In this document: piece by piece, positions 23,101 to 35,100 of the stretch
Numbering within the stretch: the stretch's first letter is position 1
Layout: every line of letters begins with the position of its first letter
Assembly: GCF_030028105.1 (NCBI RefSeq)
Contig: NC_092375.1
Coordinates: 102,044,902-102,108,901, forward strand
Direction of reading: 5' to 3'
Source of the DNA: Mobula birostris
Lineage: Eukaryota
DNA length: 64,000 nucleotides
The notes under the pieces: generated by a model
The model's input: only the letters and a program-made list of their open reading frames with translations
Databases searched by the model: none
Told to the model about the DNA's origin: nothing
Position numbers and translations under genes: made by a program

Positions 23101-26100
23101 CTCGGCCGGAGGCTGGGCGCGTGGGGCCTGGGGCTCAGCTGGAGTCTGCCGTCTTGGGGCTTGGCCGGAGGCTGGGAGCTTGGGGCTCGGCCAGAGGCTG
23201 GGGTCTTGGGGCTTGGCTGGAGGCCAACCGCTTGGGGCTTGGGGCGTGGGGCTCGGGGCTCGGCCGGAGGCTGGGGGCTTTGGGTTTGGGGCTGGGCTGG
23301 AGAATGGGCACTTGGGGCTTGGGCCTCGGCCAGGGGCTGGGCGCTTGGGGCTCGGCTGGAGGCTGCGGTCTTGTGGCTTGGGGCTCGGCTAGGTGCTTGG
23401 GCTCGGCTGGGTGCTTGGGGCTCGTCAATCGGCTGGAGGCTGGGTCTTGGGGCTCCGCTGGTCGCTTGGGGCTTGGGGCTCGACCGGAGGCCGGGCGCGT
23501 GTGGCTTGGGGTTCGGCTGGAGGCGGGCGCGTGGGGCTTGGAGCTCGGCCGGAGGCTGGGGTCTTGGGGCCTGGGGCTCGGCTGGGGACTTGAGGTTCAG
23601 CCGGAAGCTGGGTGCGTGGGGCTCGGCCGGAGGCTGGGGTCTTGGGGCTTGGCTGGAGGCCAACCGCTTGGGGCTTGGGGCTCGGCCTGAGGCTGGGGGC
23701 TTTGGTTTTGGGCTCGGCTGGAGAATGGGCGCTCGGGGCTTGGGGCTCAGCCGGGGGCTGGGCGCTTGGGGCTCGGCTGGAGGCTGCGGTCTTGGGGCTT
23801 GGGGCTCATCTGGGTGCTTGGGGCTCGTCGATCGGCCGGAGGCTGGGCGCTTGGGACTTGGTGTTCGGCCCGAGGCTGGAGGCTGGGGGCTGAGGGCTCG
23901 GCCGGAGGCCGGGCGCTTGGGGCTTGGGGCTCAGCCGGAGGCCGGGTGCGTGGGGCTTGGGGCTCGGCCGGAGTCTGCGGTCTTGGGGCTCGGCCGGAGG
24001 CTGGGAGCTTGGTGCTCGGCCGGAGGCTGGGAGCTTGGGGCATGGGGCTCGGCTGAGGGCTTGAGGTTCAGCCGGAAGCTGGGCGCTTTGGGCTCGGCCG
24101 GAGGCTGGGGTTTTGGGGCTCGTCCGGAGTCCGGGCGCTTGGGGCTTTGGGCTCGGCTGGAGGCCGGGGTCTTGGGGCTTGGGGGTCGGCGGAGGCTGGG
24201 CGCTTGGGGCTTGGGGGTTGGCCGGCGGCTGGGCGCTTGGGGCTTGGGGTTCAGCCGGGGGCTGGGCGCTCGGCCGGAGGCTGGGGGCTTTGGGTTTGGG
24301 GCTGGGCTGGAGAATGGGCGCTTGGGGCTTGGGGCTCGGCCGGGGGCTGGGCACTTGGGGCTCGGCTGGAGGCTGCGATCTTGGGTCTTGGGGCTCGTCG
24401 CTCGGCCGGAGGCTGGGCCTTGGGGCTCGGCCAGAGGCTGGGCGCTCGGGGCCTGGGGCTCAGCCGGAGGCTGTGGTCTTGGGGCTTGGCTGGAGGCCAA
24501 CTGCTTGGGGCTTCGCCGGAGGCCGGGTTCTTGGGGCTTGGGGCTCGGCTGAGGGCTTGAGGTTCAGCCGGAAGCTGGGCGCTTTGGGCTCGGCCGGAGG
24601 CTGGGGTCTTGGGGCTTGGGGCTCGGCGGAGGCCGGGGGCCGGAGGCTGGGTGCTTGGGGCTCGGCCGGAGTCTGGGAGCTTGGGGCATGGGGTTCGGTT
24701 GGGGGCTTGAGGTTCAGCCAGAAGCTGGGCGCTTGGGGCTCGGCCGGAGGCTGGGGTTTTGGGGCTTGGGGCTCGGCGGAGGCCGGGGGCTGGAGGCTCG
24801 GTGCTTGGTGCTCGGCCGGAGGCTGGGAGGTCGTGGCTTGGGGCTCGGCCGGAGGCTGGGCGCTCGGGGCTTGGGGCTCGGCTGGAGGCCGGGGTCTTGG
24901 GTCTTGGGGCTCGGCGGAGGCTGGGAGCTTGGTGCTCGGCCGGAGGCTGGGAGCTTGGGGCATGGGGCTCGGCTGGGGACTTGAGGTTCAGCCGGAAGCT
25001 GGGCGCTTGGGGCTCGTCTGGAGGCTGGGGTCTTGGGGCTCGTCTGGAGGCCGGGCGCTTGGGGCTTTGGTCTCCGCTGGAGGCCGGGGTCTTGGGGCTT
25101 GGGGGTCGGCGGAGGCTGGGCGCTTGGGGCTTGGGGCTCGTCCAGCGGCTGGGCGCTTGGGGCTTGGGGCTCGGGGCTCAGCCGGGGCCCGAGGCTGGGG
25201 TCTTAGGGCTCGGCCGGTGACTGGGCGCTCGGGGCTTGGGGCTCGGCCGGAGGCCGGGGTCTTGGGGCTTGGTGCTTGGGGCTCGGTGGAGGCCGGGGGC
25301 CGGAGGCTGGGTGCTTGGTGCTCGACCGGAGGCTGCGGTCTTGGGGCTTGGGGCTCAGCCGGAGGCTGGGCGCTTATGGCTTGGGGCTCGGCCGGAGGCC
25401 GGGGTCTTGGGTCTTGGGGCTCGGCGGAGGCTGGGTGTTTGGGGCTTGGGGCTTGGGGCTTGGGTCTCGGCTGGAGGCCGGGGTCTTGGGTCTTGGGGCT
25501 CGGCGGAGGCTGGGGGCTTGGGGCTTTACTGGAGGCTGGGTGCTTGGGGCTTGCGGCTCACCGGAGGCCGGGCGTGTGGGGCTTGGGGCTCTGCCGGAGG
25601 CTGCGGTCTTGCGGCTCGGCCGGGTGCTTGGGGCTCGGCCAGAGGCCAGGGGCTTGGGGCTCGGCGGAGGCCGGGGGCCGGAGGCTGGGCGCTTGGGGCT
25701 CGGCCTGAGGCTGGGGGCTTTGGTTTTGGGCTCGGCTGGAGAATGGGCGCTTGGGGCTTGGGGCTCTGCCGGGGGCTGGGCGCTTGGGGCTCGGCTGGAG
25801 GCTGCGGTCTTGGGGCTTGGGGCTCATCTGGGTGCTTGGGGCTCGTCGATCGGTCGGAGGCTGGGCGCTTGGGACTTGGTGTTCGGCCCGAGGCTGGGGG
25901 CTGAGGGCTCGGCCGGAGGCCGGGCGCTTGGGGCTTGGGGCTCAGCCGGAGGCCGGGTGCGTGGGGCTTGGGGCTCGGCCGGAGTCTGCGGTCTTGGGGC
26001 TCGGCCGGAGGCTGGGCGCTTGGGGCTCGTCCGGAGGCTGGGGTCTTGGGGCTCGTCTGGAGGCCGGGCGCTTGGGGCTTTGGTCTCGGCTGGAGGCCGG

Positions 26101-29100
26101 GGTCTTGGGGCTTGGGGCTCGTCTGGAGGCCGGGCGCTTGGGGCTTTGGTCTCGGCTGGAGGCCGGGGTCTTGGGGCTTGGGGCTCGGCGGAGGCTGGGC
26201 GCTTGGGGCTTGGGGCTCGGCCGGCGGCTGGGCGCTTGGGGCTTGGGGCTCGGCCAGGGGCCCGAGGCTGGGGTCTTAGGGCTCGGCCGGTGGCTGGGCG
26301 CTCGGGGCTTGGGGCTCGGCCGGAGGCCGGGGTCTTAGGGCTTGGTGCTTGGGGCTCGGCGGAGGCCGGGGGCCGGAGGCTGGGTGCTTGGTGCTCGACC
26401 GGAGGCTGCGGTCTTGGGGCTTGGGGCTCAGCCGGAGGCTGGGCGCTTGGGGCTCGGCCGGAGGCCGGGGTCTTGGGTCTTGGGGCTCGGCGGAGGCTGG
26501 GTGCTTGGGGCTTGGGGCTTAGGTCTCAGCCGGGGGCTGGTTGCATGGGGCTTGGGGCTCGCCGGAGGCCGGGCGTGTGGGGCTTGGGGCTCTGCCGGAG
26601 GCTGCGGTCTTGCGGCTCGGCCGGGTGCTTGGGGCTTGGCCCGAGGCTGGGGTCCTGGGGGCTTGAGGTTCAGCCGGAAGCTGGGCACTTGGGGCTTGGC
26701 CAGAGGCTAGGGTCTTGGGGCTTGGGGCTCGGCGGAGGCCGGGGGCCGGAGGCTGGGTGCTTGGTGCTCGGCCGGAGGCTGCGGTCTTGGTGCTTGGGGC
26801 TCGGCTGAGGGCTTGAGGTTCAGCCGGAAGCTGGGCGCTTTGGGCTCGGCCGGAGGCTGGGGTCTTGGGGCTCGTCCGGAGTCCGGGCGCTTGGGGCTTT
26901 GGGCTCGGCTGGAGGCCGGGGTCTTGGGGCTTGGGGCTCGGCGCTCGGCTGGGTGTTTGGGGCTCGTCTCTTGGCCGGAAGCCGGGCGTGTGGGGCTTGG
27001 CAGGAGGCCAGGCGCTTGGGGCGTGGGGCTCGGGGCTCGGCCGGAGGCTGGGGGCTTTGGGTTTGGGGCTGGGCTGGAGAATGGGCGCTTGGGGCTTGGG
27101 CCTCGGCCGGGGGCTGGGCGCTTGGGGCTCGGCTGGAGGCTGCGGTCTTGGGGCTTGGGGCTCGGCTGGGTGCTTGGGGCTCATCAATCAGCTGGAGGCT
27201 GGGTCTTGGGGCTCTGCCGGAGGCTGGTCGCTTGGGGCTTGGGGCTCGGCCAGAGGCCGGGCACGTGTGGCTTGGGGCTCGGCTGGAGGCGGGCGCGTGG
27301 GGCTTGTGGCTCGGCCGGAGGCTGGGCGCTTGGGGCTTGGGGCTCGACTGGAGTTGGGCGCGTGGGGCTTGGGGCTCGGCCGGAGGCTGGGCGCTCAGGG
27401 CCTGGGGCTCGGCCAGAGGCTGGGGTCTTGGGGCCTGGGGCTCGGCTGGGGACTTGAGGTTCAGCCGGAAGCTGGGTGCTTGGGGTTCGGCCGGAGGCTG
27501 GGCGCTCGGGGCTTGAGCCTCGGCCGGGGGCTGGGCTTTTGGGGTTCGGCTGGAGGCTGCGGTCTTGGGGCTTGGGGCTCGGCTGGGTGCTTGGGGCTCG
27601 TCGATCGGCAGAAGGCTGGGTCTTGGAGCTCTGCCGGAGGCTGGGCGCTTGGGGCTCGGCCGGAGGCCGGGGTCTTGGGTCTTGGGGCTCGGCGGAGGCT
27701 GGGGGCTTGGGGCTTTACCGGAGGCTGGGTGCTTGGGGCTTGGGGCTTAGGTCTCGGCCGGGGGCTGGTTGCATGGGGCTTGGGGCTCGCCGGAGGCCGG
27801 GCGTGTGGGGCTTGGGGCTCTGCCGGAGGCTGCGGTCTTGCGGCTCGGCCGGGTGCTTGGGGCTTGGCCCGAGGCTGGGGTCCTGGGGGCTTGAGGTTCA
27901 GCCGGAAGCTGGGCACTTAGGGCTTGGCCAGAGGCTAGGGTCTTGGGGCTTGGGGCTCGGCGGAGGCCGGGGGCCGGAGGCTGGGTGCTTGGTGCTCGGC
28001 CGGAGGCTGCGGTCTTGGTGCTTGGGGCTCGGCTGAGGGCTTGAGGTTCAGCCGGAAGCTGGGCGCTTTGGGCTCGGCCGGAGGCTGGGGTCTTGGGGCT
28101 CGTCCGGAGTCCGGGCGCTTGGGGCTTTGGGCTCGGCTGGAGGCCGGGGTCTTGGGGCTTGGGGCTCGGCGCTCGGCTGGGTGTTTGGGGCTCGTCTCTT
28201 GGCCGGAAGCCGGGCGTGTGGGGCTTGGCAGGAGGCCAGGCGCTTGGGGCGTGGGGCTCGGGGCTCGGCCGGAGGCTGGGGGCTTTGGGTTTGGGGCTGG
28301 GCTGGAGAATGGGCGCTTGGGGCTTGGGCCTCGGCCGGGGGCTGGGCGCTTGGGGCTCGGCTGGAGGCTGCGGTCTTGGGGCTTGGGGCTCGGCTGGGTG
28401 CTTGGGGCTCATCAATCAGCTGGAGGCTGGGTCTTGGGGCTCTGCCGGAGGCTGGTCGCTTGGGGCTTGGGGCTCGGCCAGAGGCCGGGCACGTGTGGCT
28501 TGGGGCTCGGCTGGAGGCGGGCGCGTGGGGCTTGTGGCTCGGCCGGAGGCTGGGCGCTTGGGGCTTGGGGCTCGACTGGAGTTGGGCGCGTGGGGCTTGG
28601 GGCTCGGCCGGAGGCTGGGCGCTCAGGGCCTGGGGCTCGGCCAGAGGCTGGGGTCTTGGGGCCTGGGGCTCGGCTGGGGACTTGAGGTTCAGCCGGAAGC
28701 TGGGTGCTTGGGGTTCGGCCGGAGGCTGGGCGCTCGGGGCTTGAGCCTCGGCCGGGGGCTGGGCTTTTGGGGTTCGGCTGGAGGCTGCGGTCTTGGGGCT
28801 TGGGGCTCGGCTGGGTGCTTGGGGCTCGTCGATCGGCAGAAGGCTGGGTCTTGGAGCTCTGCCGGAGGCTGGGCGCTTGGGGCTCGGCCGGAGGCCGGGG
28901 TCTTGGGTCTTGGGGCTCGGCGGAGGCCGGGAGCTGGAGGCTCGGTGCTTGGTGCTCGGCCGGAGGCTGGGAGGTCGTGGCTTGGGGCTCGGCCGGAGGC
29001 TGGGCGCTCGGGGCTTGGGGCTCGGCTGGAGGCCGGGGTCTTGGGTCTTGGGGCTCGGCGGAGGCTGGGGGCTTGGGGCTTGGGTCTCGGCCGGGGGCTG

Positions 29101-32100
29101 GTTGCGTGGGGCTTGGGGCTCGCCGGAGGCCGGGCGTGTGGGGATTGAGGCTCGGCCGGAGGCTGCGGTCTTGGGGCTCGGCCGGGTGCTTGGGGCTTGG
29201 CCGGAGGCTGGGGTCCTGGGGGCTTGAGGTTCAGCCGGAAGCTGGGCACTTGGGGCTTGGCCAGAGGCTAGGGTCTTGGGGCTTGGGGCTCGGCGGAGGC
29301 CGGGGGCCGGAGGCTGGGTGCTTGGTGCTCGGCCGGAGGCTGCGGTCTTGGTGCTTGGGGCTCGGCTGAGGGCTTGAGGTTCAGCCGGAAGCTGGGCGCT
29401 TTGGGCTCGGCCGGAGGCTGGGGTCTTGGGGCTCGTCCGGAGTCCGGGCGCTTGGGGCTTTGGGCTCGGCTGGAGGCCGGGGTCTTGGGGCTTGGGGCTC
29501 GGCGCTCGGCTGGGTGTTTGGGGCTCGTCTCTTGGCCGGAAGCCGGGCGTGTGGGGCTTGGCAGGAGGCCAGGCGCTTGGGGCGTGGGGCTCGGGGCTCG
29601 GCCGGAGGCTGGGGGCTTTGGGTTTGGGGCTGGGCTGGAGAATGGGCGCTTGGGGCTTGGGCCTCGGCCGGGGGCTGGGCGCTTGGGGCTCGGCTGGAGG
29701 CTGCGGTCTTGGGGCTTGGGGCTCGGCTGGGTGCTTGGGGCTCATCAATCAGCTGGAGGCTGGGTCTTGGGGCTCTGCCGGAGGCTGGTCGCTTGGGGCT
29801 TGGGGCTCGGCCGGAGGCCGGGCACGTGTGGCTTGGGGCTCGGCTGGAGGCGGGCGCGTGGGGCTTGGGGCTCGGCCGGAGGCTGGGCGCTCGGGGCCTG
29901 GGGCTCAGCCAGAGGCTGGGGTCTTGGGGCTTGGCTGGAGGCTGGGAGCTTGGTGCTCGGCTGGAGGCTGGGAGCTTGGGGCATGGGGCTTGGCTGGGGA
30001 CTTGAGGTTCAGCCGGAAGCTGGGCACTTGGGGCTCGGCCGGAGGCTGGGGTCTTGGGGCTCGTCCGGAGGCCGGGCGCTTGGGGCTTGGGGCTCGGCCG
30101 GAGGCTGGGCGCTCAGGGCTTGGGGCTCGGCCGGAGGCCGGGGTCTTGGGGCTTGGGGCTTGGGGCTCGGCGGAGGCCGGGGGCCGGAGGCTAGGTGCTT
30201 GGTGCTCGGCCGGAGGCTGCGGTCTTGGGGCTTGTGGCTCGGCCGGAGGCTGGGCGCTCAGGGCTTGGGGCTCGGCCGGAGGCCGTGGTCTTGGGTCTTG
30301 GGGCTCGGCGGAGGCTGGGGGCTTGGGGCTTTACCGGAGGCTGGGTGCTTGGGGCTTTTGGGCTTGGGTCTCGGCCGGGGGCTGGTTGCGTGGGGCTTGG
30401 GGCTCGCCAGAGGCCGGGCGTGTGGGTCTTGGGGCTCGGCCAGAGGCTAGGATCTTGGGGCTTGGTGCTCGGCCGGAGGCTGCGGTCTTGGTGCTTGGGG
30501 CTCGGCTGAGGGCTTGAGGTTCAGCCAGAAGCTGGGCGCTTGGGGCTCAGCCGGAGGCTGGGGTTTTGGGGCTTGGGGCTCGGCCGGAGGCCGGGCGCTT
30601 GGGGCTTGGGGCTCAGCTGGGTGTTTGGGGCTCGTCTCTCGGCCGGAGGCCGGGCGTGTGGGGCCTGGGGCTCAGCCGGAGGCCGGGCGCGTAGGGCTTG
30701 GGGCTCGGCCGGAGGCTGGGCGCGTGGGGCTTGGGGCTCGGCCGGAGGCTGGGCGCGTGGGGCTTGGGGCTCGGCCGGAGGCTGGGCGCGTGGGGCCTGG
30801 GGCTCAGCTGGAGTCTGCCGTCTTGGGGCTCGGCCGGAGGCTGGGAGCTTGGGGCTCGGCCGGAGGCTGGGGTTTTGGGGCTTGGCTGGAGGCCAACCGC
30901 TTGGGGCTTGGGGCTTGGCAGGAGGCCGGGCGCTTGGGGCGTGGGGCTCGGGGCTCGGCCGGAGGCTGGGGGCTTTGGGTTTGGGGCTGGGCTGGAGAAT
31001 GGGCGCTTGGGGCTTGGGGCTCGGCCGGGGGCTGGGCACTCGGGGCTTGGGGCTCGGCCGGGGGCTGGCATCTTAGGCCTTGGGGCTCGGCGCTTGGGGC
31101 TTTGGGCTCAGCCAGAGGCTGGGCACTCGGGGCTTGGGGTTTGGCCGGAGGCTGGGCGCTTGGGGCTTGGGGCTTGGCAGGAGGCCGGGCGCTTGGGGCG
31201 TGGGGCTCGGGGCTCGGCCGGAGGCTGGGGGCTTTGGGTTTGGGGCTGGGCTGGAGAATGGGCGCTTGGGGCTTGGGGCTCGGTGCTTGGGGCTCGGCCG
31301 GAGGCTGGGGTTTTGGGGCTTGGCTGGAGACCAACCGCTTGGGGCTTGGGGCTTGGCAGGAGGCGGGCGCTTGGGGCGTGGGGCTCGGGGCTCGGCCGGA
31401 GGCTGGGGGCTTTGGGTTTGGGGCTGGGCTGGGGGCTGGCATCTTAGGCCTTGGGGCTCAGCGCTTGGGGCTTTGGGCTCAGCCAGAGGCTGGGCACTCG
31501 GGGCTTGGGGTTTGGCCGGAGGCTGGGCGCTCGGGGCTTGAGGCTCGGCCGGGGGCTGGGTGTTTGGGGTTCGGCTGGAGGCTGCGGTCTTGGGGCTTGG
31601 GGCTCGGCTGGGTGCTTGGGGCTCGTCGATCGGCCGAAGGCTGGGTCTTGGGGCTCTGCCGGAGGCTGGGCGCTTGGGGCTTGGCCCGAGGCTGGGGGGT
31701 TGGGGATCGGCCGGAGGCTGGGGGCTCGGGGATCGGCCGGAGGCTGGGGGCTCGGGGATCGGCCGGAGGCTGGGGGCTCGAGGATCGGCCGGAGGCAGGG
31801 CGCTTGGGGCTTGGGTCTCGGCCCGAGTCTGGGGGCTGAGGGCTCGGCCGGAGGCCGGGCGCGTGTGGCTTGGGGCTCGGCTGGAGGTGGGCGCGTGGGG
31901 CTTGGGGCTCGGCCGGAGGTTGGGCGCTTGGGGCTCGGCCTGAGGCTGGGGGCTTTGGTTTTGGGCTCGGCTGGAGAATGGGCGCTTGGGGCTTGGGGCT
32001 CGGCTGGAGGCTGCGGTCTTGGGGCTCGTCGATCGGCCGGAGACTGGGCGCTTGGGGCTTGGGGCTCAGCCGGAGGCCGGGTGCGTGGGGCTTGAGGCTC

Positions 32101-35100
32101 GGTTGGAGTCTGCGGTCTTGGAGCTCGGCCGGAGGCTGGGAGCTTGGGGCATGGAGCTCGGCTGGGGACTTGAGGTTCAGCCGGAAGCTGGGCGCTTGGG
32201 GCTCGTCCGGAGGCCGGGTGCTTGGGGCTTTGGGCTCAGCTGGAGGCCGGGGTCTTAGGGCTTGGGGCTCGGCCGGGGGCCGCAGGCTGGGTGCTTGGCG
32301 CTCGGCCGGAGGCTCGGGGCCTGGGGCTCGGCTGGAGGCTGGGCGCTCGGGGCCTGGGGCTCGGCCTGAGGATGGGCACTCGGGGCCTGGGGCTCGGCCG
32401 GAGGCCGGGCGCTTGGGGCTTGGGGCATGGGGCTCAGCCGGAGGCCGGGTGCGTGGGGCTTGGGGCTCTGCCGGGGGCCGGAGGCTGGGTGCTTGGCGCT
32501 CGGCCAGAGGCTCGGATCTTGGGGCTCGGCCGGAGGCCGGGCGCTCGGGGCCTGGGGCTCGGCCGGGGGCCGGGCGCTCGGGGACTGGGGCTCGGCCGGG
32601 GGCCGGGCGCTCGGGGACTGGGGCTCGGCCGGGGGCCGGGCGCTCGGGGACTGGGGCTCGGCCGGGGGCCGGGCGCTCGGGGACTGGGGCTCGGCCGGGG
32701 GCCGGGCGCTCGGGGACTGGGGCTCGGCCGGGGGCCGGGCGCTCGGGGACTGGGGCTCGGCCGGGGACCGGGCGCTTGGGGCCTGGGGCTCGGCCGGGGG
32801 CTGGCATCTTAGGCCTTCGGGCTCGGCGGAGGCTGGAGGCTTGGGGCTTTACCGGAGGCTGGGCCCTTGGGGCTTGGGGCTTTGGGCTCAGCCAGAGGCT
32901 GGGCGCTCGGGGCCTGGGGCTCGGCCAGAGGCTGGGGTCTTGGGGCCTGGGGCTCGGCTGGGGACTTGAGGTTCAGCCAGAAGCTGGGTGCTTGGGGCTC
33001 GGCCGGAGGCTGGGGTCTTGGGGCTTGGCTGGAGGCTAACCGCTTGGGGCTTGGCCTGAGGCCGGGTTCTTGGGGCTTGGGGCTCGGCGGAGGCCGGGGG
33101 CTGGAGGCTCGGTGCTTGGTGCTCGGCCGGAGGCTGGGCAGTCGTGGCTTGGGGCTCGGCCGGAGGCTGGGCGCTCGGGGCTCGGCCGGAGGCCGGGGTC
33201 TTGGGTCTTGGGGCTCGGCGGAGGCTGGGGGCTTGGGGCTTTACCGGAGGCTGGGTGCTTGGGGCTTGGGGCTTGGGTCTCGGCCGGGGGCTGGTTGCGT
33301 GGGGCTTGGGGCTCGCCGGAGGACGGGGGCCGGAGGCCGGGTGAGTGGGGCTTGGGGCTCGGCCGGAGTCTGCGGTCTTGGGGCTCGGCCGGAGGCCGGA
33401 GGCTGGGAGCTTGGTGCTCGGCCGGAGGCTGGGAGCTTGGTGCTCGGCCGGAGGCTGGGAGCTTGGGGCATGGGGCTCGGCTGGGGACTTGAGGTTCAGC
33501 CGGAAGCTGGGCGCTTGGGGCTCGGCCGGAGGCTGGGGTCTTGGGGCTCGTCCGGAGGCCGGGCGCTTGGGGCTTTGGGCTCGGCTGGAGGCCGGGGTCT
33601 TGGGGCTTGGGGGTCGGCTGGAGGCTGGGCGCTTGGGGCTTGGGGGTCGGCCGGCGGCTGGGCGCTTGGGGCTTGGGGGTCGGCCGGGGGCTGGGCGCTC
33701 GGACGGAGGCTGGGGGCTTTGGGTTTGGGGCTGGGCTGGAGAATGGGCGCTTGGGGCTTGGGGCTTGGCCGGGGGCTGGGCGCTTGGGGCTCGGCTGGAG
33801 GCTGCGATCTTGGGTCTTGGGGCTCTGCTGGGTGCTTGGGGCTCGGCTGGGTGCTTGGGGCTCGTCAATCGGCTGGACGCTGGGTCTTGGGGCTCCTTGG
33901 GGCTCGGCTGGGTGCTTGGGGCTCGTCGCTCGGCCGGAGGCTGGGTCTTGGGGCTCTGCCGGAGGCTGGTCGCTTGGGGCTTGGGGCTCAGCCGGAGGCC
34001 GGGCGCGTGTGGCTTGGGGCTCGGCCGGAGGCTGGGCGCTCGGGGACTGGGGCTCGGCCAGAGGCTGGGGTCTTGGGGCATGGGGCTCGGCTGGGGGCTT
34101 GAGGTTCAGCCAGAAGCTGGGCGCTTGGGGCTCGGCCGGAGGCTGGGGTTTTGGGGCTTGGGGCTCGGCCGGAGGCCGGGCGCTTGGGGCTTGGGGCTCG
34201 GCTGGGTGTTTGGGGTTCATCTCTCGGCCGGAGGCTGGGCGTGTGGGGCCTGGGGCTCAGCCGGAGGCCGGGCGCGTGGGGCTTGGGGCTCGGCCGGAGG
34301 CTGGACGCGTGGGGCCTGGGGCTCAGCTGGAGTCTGCCGTCTTGGGGCTCGGCCGGAAGCTGGGTGCTTGGGGCTCGGCCAGAGGCTAGGGTCTTGGGGC
34401 TTGGGGCTCGGCGGAGGCCGGGTGCTTGGTGCTCAGCCGGAGGCTGCGGTCTTGGTGCTTGGGGCTCGGCTGGGGGCTTGAGGTTCAGCTGGAAGCTGGG
34501 CGCTTTGGGCTCGGCCGGAGGCTGGGGTCTTGGGGCTTGGAGCTCGGCGGAGGCTGGGAGCTTGGGGCATGGGGCTCGGCTGGGGGCTTGAGGTTCAGCC
34601 AGAAGCTGGGCGCTTGGGGCTCGGCCGGAGGCTAGGGTTTTGGGGCTTGGGGCTCGGCCGGAGGCCGGGCGCTTGGGGCTTGGGGCTCGGCTGGGTGTTT
34701 GGGGCTCGTCTCTCGGCCAGAGGCCGGGCGTGTGGGGCCTGGGGCTCAGCCGGAGGCCGGGCGCAAGGGGCTTGGGGCTCGGCCGGAGGCTGGGCGCGTG
34801 GGGCTTGGGGCTCGGCCGGAGGCTGGGCGCGTGGGGCTTGGGGCTCGGCCGGAGTCTGCCGTCTTGGGGCTCGGCCGGAGGCTGGGAGCTTGGGGCTCGG
34901 CCAGAGGCTGGGAGCTTGGGGCATGGGGCTTGGCAGGAGGCCGGGCGCTTGGGGCTTGGGGCTGGGGGCTCGGCCGGAGGCTAGGGGCTTTGGGTTTGGG
35001 GCTGGGCTGGAGAATGGGCGCTTGGGACTCGGGGCTCGGCCGGGGGCTGGGCGCTTGGGGCTCGGCTGGAGGCTGCGGTCTTTGGGCTTGGGGCTCGGCT

